Origin: Marsupella aquatica
Taxonomy: Eukaryota; Plantae; Marchantiophyta
NCBI GenBank assembly: GCA_973895155.1
Contig: OZ316891.1
Location: 15,035,037 to 15,099,036, forward strand
DNA: 64,000 bases
Direction: 5' to 3'
Below, one piece after another: positions 1 through 9,902 of the stretch. A model generated the notes under the pieces. That model made no database searches. It worked only from the letters and a program-made list of their open reading frames with translations, and was not told the DNA's origin. Position numbers and translations under genes: made by a program. Each line of letters opens with the position of its first letter. Position 1 is the first letter of the stretch.

Positions 1-395
1 TGACTAAGCCTAGAAAAATTCTTTTCCAGGGAAAATCAATTATGATGACCATGCAAATTTTGGAGTTCAGTCCGGAGAGGTACGAGTGGGTTAGATTTCA
101 GACTATGCCTATGGAGCTTCTCGACCATGTTTCTAGTGGCGAGCTTATCCATCAAGTGTCCGCTGGCGATCCAAAGTTCAAATATGTTGATGATTCCCAC
201 CACTATAGCATTCAAATCAACGGAACTTACATAGCTTTGAGCAACTTCTATACGGGGAAGACGGCCATGTGTAATGTCTCTACAGGAATCTGGTGGCTCT
301 TGCCACCAAAGTCTACTGAAGTCTTGAAAGCCCTTCCTGACCAAGAAACACAGAGGTGTACTTTTCTTTTAAAGCCCTCTCTAGAGATTGTGTGA
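1..395 (+). CDS. 3' end of probable F-box/kelch-repeat-type protein (5'-partial)
   Basis: Frame is open from the window edge (TKPRKILFQGKSIMMT...). It contains 'W..F..MP.EL' and 'CNVSTGIWWLLP' and ends FLLKPSLEIV*, resembling the F.P.L C-terminus of plant F-box/kelch proteins. Confidence 0.5.
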   Translation, partial: TKPRKILFQGKSIMMTMQILEFSPERYEWVRFQTMPMELLDHVSSGELIHQVSAGDPKFKYVDDSHHYSIQINGTYIALSNFYTGKTAMCNVSTGIWWLLPPKSTEVLKALPDQETQRCTFLLKPSLEIV

Positions 396-468
396 TATTA
401 GATGATTCAATTTGTTTGTGGACCCAGTCCTCTCACCTTGTTATTACGCATTTACTGGTAGGTTAGGA

Positions 469-960
469 CTTGGGGGGTGGGGGCGGTGTGGTTTTCATTA
501 TATGGAGTGCCATATATTGAGTGCAAAGTTTTAGGGTTTGATTCCCATAAGTTATAAATGAAAATTATTATATATATATATATATTTATTTAGATATTTT
601 TTATTAATTTTTTAAAAAACTTTAAAGAAAATGTTTTTTACACTTAAATAGGTTTATATATTCTTTAGTCAACTAGTCAATAAAACATATTCTATGTGTT
701 TTTCCACTAAACTTTGGGAGTATTCCGTCAGGCCCATTTAAATGAACCTTTACCACTCAACTTTGGGAGTATTCCTGTCACGTCCATTTAAATGAACTTA
801 TACTTCGTCACACTTCATATGCCACTGGATATTAATGTCACTTCCCCATCCATAAAAAACTCAAATGTCCTAGTCAAAACTCCAATGTCCCATGGCTTAC
901 TATTTGAATACTCTACCCTGGCTGATATTAATGTCACTTCCATGGAAGTGACCCCCATAG
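469..960. mobile_element. degenerate MITE related to the CTCGGGGG family
   Basis: Begins CTTGGGGG, has an AT-rich body, and ends ...CACTTCCATGGAAGTGACCCCCATAG, similar to the end of the copy at 25008-25238. No TSD found. Confidence 0.35.
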
Positions 961-1032
961 ATAATAAAACTCAAATGCCCTAGTCAAAACTCCAATGTCC
1001 CGTGGCTTACTATTTGAATACTCCACCCTGGC
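704..1032. repeat. two local tandem duplications (~50 bp x2 and ~100 bp x2)
   Basis: CCACTAAACTTTGGGAGTATTCC...AAATGAAC occurs twice. GATATTAATGTCACTTCC...CTAGTCAAAACTCCAATGTCCC...CCCTGGC occurs twice. Confidence 0.75.
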
Positions 1033-1107
1033 CACTGTTTGGGGGAAGATGGTAAGTGACTGGGGTCTGATACTATTGTTGGAGACTATGTTGTCGTAAA
1101 TCGCAGC

Positions 1108-1509
1108 TGTGTGTAGTGCTTGCCAACAATGATTTCTCAGCGCTGTGCTGCAGAATTCTTTGTGCTGCAGAATCCTTTCCTGCGTCCAGTCTGCCCTCAC
1201 CCTCCCAGACTTCCTCTCAGTGACGTATGCTAATGCAGGGCAGGATTTACGTTTAGGGTAATGCAGGGCTGGGGTTACTAGGCTGTAACCTGCTCCCGGA
1301 ATATTCAAAGAAGTTTTCCGGCCGCAGATCAGCTTCTTTTCATATTCCGGACAAGGTTACAGCCTAGTAACCCTGCACCCAGACCTGCATTACCCTATAC
1401 TAAATGTGTGCAGTGCTTGCCAACAATGATTTCTCAGCGCTGTTCTTTGTGCTGCAGAACCCTTTCCTGCGTCCAGTCTGCCCTCACCCTCCCAGACTTC
1501 CTCTCAGTG
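1108..1509. repeat. ~110-bp direct duplication (1108-1222, 1405-1509) bracketing an inverted repeat
   Basis: TGTGTG.AGTGCTTGCCAACAATGATTTCTCAGCGCTG...CTTCCTCTCAGTG is present twice. Confidence 0.85.
1254..1397. repeat. long imperfect inverted repeat / hairpin (MITE-like)
   Basis: TAGGGTAATGCAGG..GGGTTACTAGGCTGTAACC..CCGGAATAT..AAAGAAG pairs with CTTCTTT..ATATTCCGG..GGTTACAGCCTAGTAACCC..CCTGCATTACCCTA. Confidence 0.85.
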
Positions 1510-3329
1510 CCGTGCCCTCGGTGGTCCAAGCATGCACTGCGACCCCCACCAGGCCTTCGACTTTGTCCACACTCTTATGTGCGCAGCTCTTAGAGAAACC
1601 CCACGTTTGTAGAGAGGATAGTTTACGTACACATTTTTAAATGTATATGGTGGATGGTGAGCCTCAGTTCAGATTTCTCTGCAAGAATTATTCATTCCTC
1701 TGCTTTCTCACATACCTTAACACTTCAGTGAAGCAGTATGTGTGCTTAAAAGAAGAGGAATTTGTTGAGGGTGTTACATACTAGCACACCCTCTCCTAGT
1801 TTGCAACCAAAAACCGCAAGCTGGCCAATTTCATAATCGCTACCTGGTCTTGTTGCCGATAACTGCTGTGTGTGCAAGCCTGCTTCCTCTCTGTGGTGTG
1901 TCAATTGACTCTTTAACGAGATATTGCTGTCATGTCAATTTCCCTGCTGCAGCTGTCACATTCGTCCCCATTGGGTTCATGTAACTCTGCCTATCGGCTT
2001 TCGACAAAATTTCATCTGACGGTTCATTTAGAACGGGATAGAGCTCAATTTGACACCAGTTAGAACAGAAATCCATTTCAAAGCTAAGTAATTCGTTTTC
2101 GTTTGAGGAATCTTATGCCTAGGTAGTCGCTCACAGTTGCGATTTCAAGCGAAACTAAATATCCTGCGTCTACAAGGTAAAGACCTTATTTCTCAGCCTG
2201 GGAAGAAATGAAGAGCAATAGTCTCCTCGGTTTTTGCTGTAGGCCACAGCAAACGACTCAACCCATGGTTTGCCGTTCTCCAAAAAAATAAATTAGTTTC
2301 GAAACCGCTAAACCCTATAGACACAAATGTGACCTACGAGCAAGCAACGACTGAAAGAGGACGGCCAATAGCTAGCTTAATGACCCCCCCGTCAATATTT
2401 GCACGGAAACGGTCATCACCACAAGCCGCTTTGCATCAATCATGTGTACCCGTAGCTGGATCAAAATCCTCGCCTTGAGGTATTGCCAATCATATTCTTG
2501 AATCAACTTGAGATCTCGTGAACCCAGCAGACGGTGACAAAAATTGCTTAAAAGTTTATTTGCAGAGAGCATAGACAAGGAGTGCACATTGAGCACCTGA
2601 GATCTAACTTATGTCCATGATCCTTGCTCAAGCGCAGACGCTGTCCACACATTACATTTCACATGAAATTTATTCGCTCTGAATCGATGGGCAAAATTCC
2701 AAATAGAATGTTTCTCTGAAATGCAAAACTTACAGGAAAACTGTTCTGGAAACTAGATAGTACCAAAGCTTGTCTCCAGCCAATATCGTCAAGTTGAACT
2801 GCTGTAACATAGAAAGAGCAGCTCCCATGACAATTCTATTCTTTCCCCTCTAACAAAACGTTATTGGTGTATATTTTTTCACTTCCTCCGAAGATTCAGA
2901 TGTTTGGTCCAGGAGAAACAAGACAGAGTAAACCTTTTGTCCATGAAGGTTATGAAATCTCTGCATCTGCATTGTCTGGGACTTAAACAGAGGAGCACAC
3001 ACATTTGAATGTATGCCGTTAGGACTGCCAGTAATCCCACTATTCCCTATAAGGTAAATGTATCTCCATAATTTACAACCACTTCGCCCCTGCAGGATTA
3101 ACTGTCTCGCCCACGTTTTCGGCGGACGTAACACTCCGTCGGCTATTGCCGATCCTTGCACAAAATCCCTTGATCACTCACTTGGCTTTACTTGAACGAC
3201 TTCTAGTGCTTATCAAATTCGAAAGAAAATAAAGTTCAACACTCAAAGCTTTGTTTCTCTTGCCATTGTTGTTAGGTTAATGCAAATCAAACCAGCATCT
3301 GTAGACAGTTACAATCCATGAGATAGCTC

Positions 3330-4202
3330 CTAGTGTTTCATGATGCATGCTATTGCGATAGCAGACACGGACAACAGTCCCGGAAGCGTGAAGTTACTCC
3401 AAAAGTTCGGCTGTGAACCTGCTGAAGACTTTGCGTCCTGCAGCCAAATCTGGGAGCATAGACATCGATTATCTTGCTCCTCTAAAATCTTGTTAAGTTT
3501 CCTTATTTCTCTCTGAGCTTCCCCAAAACAGAACTCCAGTTGAATACTTTTCTTCTGCAACTCCTGATCCAGTAGGTGTTGCTTCTCCAACTCTTGCTTT
3601 AGCCTTGCTATCTTCTCATCCTTCAACATCAATTGCTTTTCCAGGTGCTTCAAATTCTGGGTAGACACCTCATTGAGCAGCTTCTGGGATTCACATTCCT
3701 TGTGTGAATGGGTTCTAAGTAGTGCCATCTCAATCTGTACTGCGAGATCCTGTGCTTCGTACCTCAGCTGGTTTTGTGTAGGCGCCTTTTGCTTCATTTC
3801 ATCCTGAAGTTGGGCTAGCTCTTGCTTCAAAGTTTCCGTACAGGTCTTCCAATGCTGTAATTCAGAATTCCTCTGCTCCAGCTCCGTTTTCAATATTTCG
3901 CATTGAAGTCTATATGACGTTGCAGCTGCAGTAGCACTGTCGGTAATTTCTTCTGCTTCTGCTAGTCTTTCAGTCACATCCATCAACTCCTTGAGGGACT
4001 GTTCAGCAATAGAAGAAGAACTCTGTGCCTCCAATCTTGCGTCCTCGAGACATTCGTGCATCTTTTCCAGCTGTTTAACCAGGTCTCTAGCGTTTGCTGA
4101 TTTCGCAATCTGTCGTGACGGGTCCCCAGCGTCCTCATAGAGAGCAGCTGTCTCCTGAAGGCCGGCTGCACGATTACGAACACCTTGCGGCTCGACCGCC
4201 AT
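3330..4202 (-). CDS. NEAP: nuclear envelope-associated protein (NEAP)-like coiled-coil, tail-anchored protein
   Basis: 290-aa coiled-coil ORF, colinear by eye with Arabidopsis NEAP1 as I recall it (QKLLNEVS, KDEKIARLK, LEKQ..DQELQKK..LEFC..EA). C-terminal FW motif, hydrophobic helix and basic tip (NFWSNFTLPGLLSVSAIAIACIMKH). The N-terminus may extend through an upstream exon. Confidence 0.8.
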   Translation of the reverse strand: MAVEPQGVRNRAAGLQETAALYEDAGDPSRQIAKSANARDLVKQLEKMHECLEDARLEAQSSSSIAEQSLKELMDVTERLAEAEEITDSATAAATSYRLQCEILKTELEQRNSELQHWKTCTETLKQELAQLQDEMKQKAPTQNQLRYEAQDLAVQIEMALLRTHSHKECESQKLLNEVSTQNLKHLEKQLMLKDEKIARLKQELEKQHLLDQELQKKSIQLEFCFGEAQREIRKLNKILEEQDNRCLCSQIWLQDAKSSAGSQPNFWSNFTLPGLLSVSAIAIACIMKH

Positions 4203-5145
4203 TGAGCTCCGCCTCTGTGGTATCTTTTCCGCAAGTAAAGTCTCTGAAGAACGAGCTCAACTCCCTCAGCGTACCAGCACCCCTCGCCTCAGTCTAATAC
4301 CGACATGATTGTCTCGAGCTTAAGGTTTAGCTTAGAGTCTTCGACCTGATCCACGCAAAAGAAGAGACGCTGTTGAAACCGAGCTCCCTTCGATAAGGCT
4401 CACACTCTGCATACAACGCTCAATGTTGATTTGAGCGTTTGTGCCGACAATCATCACTTGCAGTTGCACGATGATCCAACCTGACTGATGATTTTCTGGA
4501 TACTCAATCGGTGCGAAGATGAACCGTCATCAGTTCTGCGTAATTGTTTCGTAACATAAACGACCCTCAATTCACTGGCTCAAGACCACCGAATCCAAAT
4601 GAATCAAAGGTGATTGATCAATCTCTCGCTCGCTCTGTATCAAATGCTACGGCACATTTCGCGTGACCCATAACAGAATACAAGCCATTCCAAGCGTCGA
4701 TGAAAAATCAAACACTATTGGAAAGAAAAACCTTCGAAACACAGAAAGTACCTCTGAGGAAAGTCAACGAGGGAAGAGTTCATCAAATTCTGGGTCGGCG
4801 GTGAGCTGCATCGATGGTTGCTCCATAAATCAATTCCTGCCTGGGGCATTGTGATCCCGAGCATCGTACTCCCGATCAATCTCACTCATGCCTGACGCCC
4901 CAAAAGCCGACCGACACCAAACCATCAGTAGTGTGGAGTGACAGATCTCGAAGCACCTGAAGAAGGGCACGGCGATGGTTCCTTGTGATGAGCCGCTGAT
5001 GGCGGTGCACTACTACTACAGTGCTATTTGAATCCGCTCACCAAACAAAGCATTTGCCAAGAAAAAGGCGAATTGTCTCACTAAATAAAGCATTTAGAGG
5101 CGAATTGTTTTTAGAATGTTTCGAGTATTTGAAGCTAGGTATCTG

Positions 5146-5286
5146 TTTGATGGACCCCGAAATGGAAAATGTTACTTGATAGGGCCCATTCGGACCCCTG
5201 ATTGACACTGATAGACCTTGAATCAAAGTACACAAAATTTCTGGGGTCCTATCAAGTAACACTTTTCATGTTGGGGTCCAAGCAAA
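5146..5286. mobile_element. small MITE / inverted repeat with ~42-bp arms
   Basis: TTTGATGGACCCCGAAATGGAAAATGTTACTTGATAGGGCCC pairs with GGGTCCTATCAAGTAACACTTTTCATGTTGGGGTCCAAGCAAA. The same terminus occurs at ~36350-36377. Confidence 0.7.
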
Positions 5287-5714
5287 GACTTGGATTTGAA
5301 ACCCCCATGGCCCACAAAGGTTGGTCTATGAAACCCAAGGATCACATTATGCAAAATTTGAGCTCAATTTCATCCAGCTTGATATTCATAGATTAAATTT
5401 TTCTCCTTCTAGTTTTTGGAGATATGCTAGAGGACTAGGTAAGCTACTCATCCATCAATGGTACCATTTTGATTGATTCTCTGATGAAATGGCCATTTTG
5501 ATTGAGTATTTCATCAGAGAATGTGAAGGGATAAATTCCACTACATTCATTTTCATTCTGTTATTTTGGGCTTGAGTGTTTTGAAGTCTCCTCTTCTCTA
5601 GATGCCTTGCACGTGCAAAAGTAGTCATCAAGTTATGGGCCCCAAACTCCCATGGACCACCAAAATGTGGTCCACGGGAGCACTGTGTCCAACACATCCT
5701 GGCTTCAGTTTCAT

Positions 5715-5900
5715 GTTTTGGGATTGAGTGTTATTTGAATCCATTCAGTAAATGAAAACAATTAGCTGAAAAACTGAATGAGTTTCCAACTGTTTAGGGA
5801 CTGAGTGCCATTTGAATCCACTCAGTGAACAATTAATTGCAAAAAAGACTTGATAGATTTGCAATGTTTTGGGATTTGAGCGCTGTTTAAATGAAACTAA
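5715..5900. repeat. degenerate tandem repeat (~77 bp x2.5)
   Basis: Recurring TTT.GGGA.TGAGTG..ATTTGAATCCA.TCAGT. Confidence 0.6.
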
Positions 5901-6998
5901 AGCGCCCAATGGACCTACCTATTTGAGAAAATGGGTAGATGAACCAGCACAACCCAAATGGACACTGAAAAAGCATTTTTTGTACTCAAATAGTGGAATT
6001 TTCTTTGTAAAACATTCCATACTTTTCTCATCAATGGTAACCTGGTTCATGAACTGGTCTATCTAGTTGTCAATAATTATCCTAACTTGAACTTTGTCCA
6101 GATGTTTGCCGAGGCAGAATACACTAGGTCTCAACCCTCAACAATTCCACTCACTATCTATCTGGAAATGTGAGTTATGGAATGTGAGTAACCTGGGGCA
6201 TTGGGTTCATTGGCAAGAGTTGTCAGACCATTTGTGTTCCACACTTTCCATCAGTCATGAGTTTGCATTTTTCCTCATGTACGGAAACCCACATTGTGAA
6301 TTTTTATCCGTTAGTCTGTGTTAGTAAGGTTCTGAGCCAATACCCCATGGGTGAGTCCACTGAACCCGGATGCTAGCCTGGCTTTGGGGGTTCTCAAATT
6401 TTGAATGAAATTGAACACACAAGTAACAAAAAGCTAGGGAAACAATTTTGCAGTGTAAAAGTAAATTTGATATAATTTCAAATTTTGACTTTGGGGCTTA
6501 CGCTTGGTAACTCATATCCACTTCAGTTGGGGATAATGGGCTTGCGCTGACACCCTTGGGCTCACCATTGCCCTCTAGGACTACATCCCAGTACCTCGTG
6601 TTGGGAATGGGTTACCCTACAAATGCCTCCACATTGTGCCCTCATCACACAGTTTCCACAACCCAATGAGGCAAGTCCCACCAATGAATGCTCCTGATCC
6701 TAGACAGTGAAAGACTGCCAGTATATACGGCCTTGAATTTTGGGCCGCAATCAAACTTGCACCAAAACACATTGTCCATGGTGATATAGCCCTGGTTGAT
6801 TTGTAGTTCACTTGTTGCCAATGCATGTCATCATCACCAGACATCACATAAACCCACAATGAATGTTTCAGCAAGGGAATTTATGATGTCCACTCACAGA
6901 TGATTTATGTTGTTTGCCTTGAAACATCAAATTGAAATCCATCAAGAAGAGAGTGTGCAACATGGTGGCCCACAAAAAGGAGGGGGACAACACCCAAG

Positions 6999-7303
6999 CC
7001 GGGGTCCTCACTTGTTTTCTTCCGACCCATCACGCGCGAATAAGTATAGGGGTTTTTATTGGGTTTAGTGAAATACTTTTAAATTTTTGTTGAAGAACAT
7101 TAGGGTTATTTTAATCCAATTTTGATAATTACAAGAATCATAGGGTTTTTTAAAATCAAAATTTTGAATATTCTTGGAACATTCCATTAAGTTAGGGTTA
7201 AAAAAATCTTTAAAAAATGTTTATTGACTTAAGTTTTAGGGTGTTTATTCCCCCTCAAACTTTGCGTGTGATATGGAACATCCCTTGGACTGAGGCCCCC
7301 GAG
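6999..7303 (-). mobile_element. CTCGGGGG-family MITE with 8-bp TSD CACCCAAG
   Basis: CACCCAAG at 6991-6998 and 7304-7311. Ends are CCGGGGTCCTCA and TGAGGCCCCCGAG. The body is the reverse-oriented homolog of 11959-12255. Confidence 0.85.
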
Positions 7304-7541
7304 CACCCAAGAGGGGACCAGACATCAAAGTGCCAAATCTTGGGGGGTCGGCTCCAAGATAGAGGCTAGGCCTCAACAAGGAGGCAGCTAAATACAACAT
7401 TCAACTACTTTCATTCCCGCTTCTATTAAGGGGGTTCAGCAACATACTTCTAATGACAGTTCAGTGAAATAGCCTTGGCAAGGGTGGTTCTAAGACAATA
7501 CCTCAAAATCAACCAATAATTATTCACTGAGGACCTAAAGA

Positions 7542-7830
7542 CTCGGGGGCCTCACTCTAAAGGGGGTCTAATAACACGCTCGACGTTTTTAGCTATTAAA
7601 CACCCTAAAAAATAAGGAGTTTTTCTGAACTATTTTTCTACCCCTATTTGGACCCCTATCTTTTTGGAATATTCTAAAAATATTCCAAAAACTCATTTCT
7701 AAAACATGATCTTTTTCTTATAATTCTTAAAATTGGATTGTAAGAACCCTAACATTTGTTCTTCTTTGGTAAATTTAGAAATATTCTTCTCAACCCAATA
7801 AACAAACCCTATATTTACTTTTGAGTCACA
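7542..7830 (+). mobile_element. CTCGGGGG-family MITE, right end truncated or interrupted
   Basis: Starts CTCGGGGGCCTCAC. The body matches 11959-12255 (CGACGTTTTTAG, GAATATTC, AAAATTGGATT, CCCTA). Confidence 0.7.
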
Positions 7831-8265
7831 AAACTCAACTACCCTAACACTTAGCTCCGACATCGTTGACTCCGAGGCCGAGCTCCTCTATGGTCCAAGC
7901 CCCAGAACAACCATTCGGTAAGGACTAATTAAGTATGGAAGACTAGTGGGGAACGAGGCATTGCACTAGGCAAGGCAAGGCGCTTAGCTAGTGATGCACA
8001 CTAAGGACTTAGACTAGCTTGGGGCGGGTCGGGTCATGAGACTGGCTAGACTCAAGTTGGATCATCCAGACCCCTTGACGGACTAGTTTTGAGGGCTTGA
8101 ATGAGAGCTCCTCTTAGTTGGCCCCAAGTCTAACAAAGTTTACTCCATGTGCAACGGACGTTTGGCGCATGAAATACGATGCGACCAAGTGCGGCCGCTT
8201 GGGACACCCAAGTGGCAATATAATGGGTTTTGAGGGCCTAGGCATGAGAACTGGGTTAGCCCAAT

Positions 8266-8609
8266 TGTTAGGATTTACTCTTAGGTCTAGAGTTACGACT
8301 GTACCGTAGTTAAGGCTAACCTTAGTCGTAGACTTGGTTAGGTTAGTCATGTTGTGCACACTCTATAACCAAGCGGTGTTTGCTTGGTGAGTGGGAACTC
8401 AGGCTCATTGTTACGGAGCTAGTTGAGAGATAGAGAGAGCTTGTGCTGTGGATGCTTGGAATGGCGATCGGCCTAGAGTGCAGTAAAGCTCTCGTGTGTT
8501 CCCATGGACGTAGCCTCATAAGGAGGTGAACCACATATCTCTCTGTGTCGACTCTTGTGCGTTGGATGGTTCATGGGCTTGCCGTTGCGATTGTCGTCTA
8601 TGCTCAACA
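8266..8609 (+). repeat. 5' LTR of copia A
   Basis: TGTTAGG...TCAACA. About 9 differences from the 3' LTR by eye, all transitions. Confidence 0.95.
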
Positions 8610-8611
8610 AA

Positions 8612-8623
8612 TGGTATCAGAGC
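8612..8623 (+). promoter_or_regulatory. primer binding site (tRNA-iMet)
   Basis: TGGTATCAGAGC 2 nt after the 5' LTR. Confidence 0.95.
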
Positions 8624-9182
8624 ATGCCTGGGAGGTGACGAGGTTTTTTCGTGACGATTTTCCAGCGTTCATTGTTGGTGTTGCATTCGGGGTTTTGTCG
8701 CATGAAACTCGAATGTGTGTGGCTGAGCGAATAGGTTAGTGAGAGGGCTTTCTAACGGTGGTTAGAAGTTGCTGATCGGTATCCGTGGTGTGGAGGAATT
8801 GAAGTTTGCGTTGTTCAGGGTTTATTCGTGTTCGACGGGATTTTTGGGAGAGAGACTAGAGATTGTTTTTTCAACGGTGTGAGCTGTCCGGTGCGGGAGG
8901 CATCGCATGTTATAGCTCAAGTTGAAGGTTGAAGCGAGCTGGTCATTTTGGTACCTGGTTTGCTAGCGTTTGTGGAGCGAGTGCGTCGTGACGAGTGAAA
9001 GTTGAGTTCTGGTTTTTTGACAAGCTATGGTGCTTGTTTTTCCCTGAACTGGATTACTTGTCATGACGCTTGACTCGGAGGAAGAAACGCCAAGTGCTGA
9101 GGCTCAACGGAGAGATCGTGGTGAGGCGATCGTTTTGAGTCCGGGATTGGCCCTTGACGCGGAGAGAGTAAGACACGGCGGA

Positions 9183-9902
9183 GATGTTGATGAGAAACAA
9201 TGGGACCGCATGCAGGAGCAAGGAGTGTGGTGTGAACTTACACTCTATCTCATGCCTCCCATCATCAAGCAGTTGGGTGCACATAAGGATTGCATGTCCT
9301 TGTTTGCGGAATTGCAGAGCAAGTATCACCGCAAGGAGTTGTCGAACTGACTCTACACTTCCTACAAACTGATGAGTTTCAAGATGAAGGAATCCGGTAC
9401 AAAGTTACAAGACCATGTGGATGCTTTCAACGACATGGTCGTTGACTTGGAAAATCTTGGGGAGACTTTGAATGATGAGACGAAGGCTCTGCAGTTTCTC
9501 AATTCATTGCCTCCATCTTACCAGTCCCTATCACGAGTGTTGTTGCATCGTGATAGGGATACCATTTCATACAATGACGTGGTAAGTTCTCTGCTTAGTG
9601 ATGATCTTCAGCAGAAGATGCACATCACGTCACAGCCTTCATCATCTGGTGCTGCCCTCAATGTTAACCGTGGGAGGAGTATGCAGCGACCAACTGGAGA
9701 CCGTAGAACCCAGTTTAGATCCAAATCCAGATCTAAGTCTAGGGGTAAATCCCCTCAGAGGAGGCAGGTGACATGTTGGAAGTGCAACCAAGTTGGACAC
9801 TTCAAGCGAGACTGTAAGGGAAAGGCAGTGGAATCTTCATCGGCAAATGTGGCTAGGGCTGATGGAGAAGCCGATTTACTCAATGATGAGTATGTTTTGT
9901 GA
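9183..9902 (+). pseudogene. gag: copia A gag (N-terminus deleted, internal stop at 9348-9350)
   Basis: UBN2-type gag with zinc knuckle CWKCNQVGHFKRDC, ending EYVL-TGA. Confidence 0.9.
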
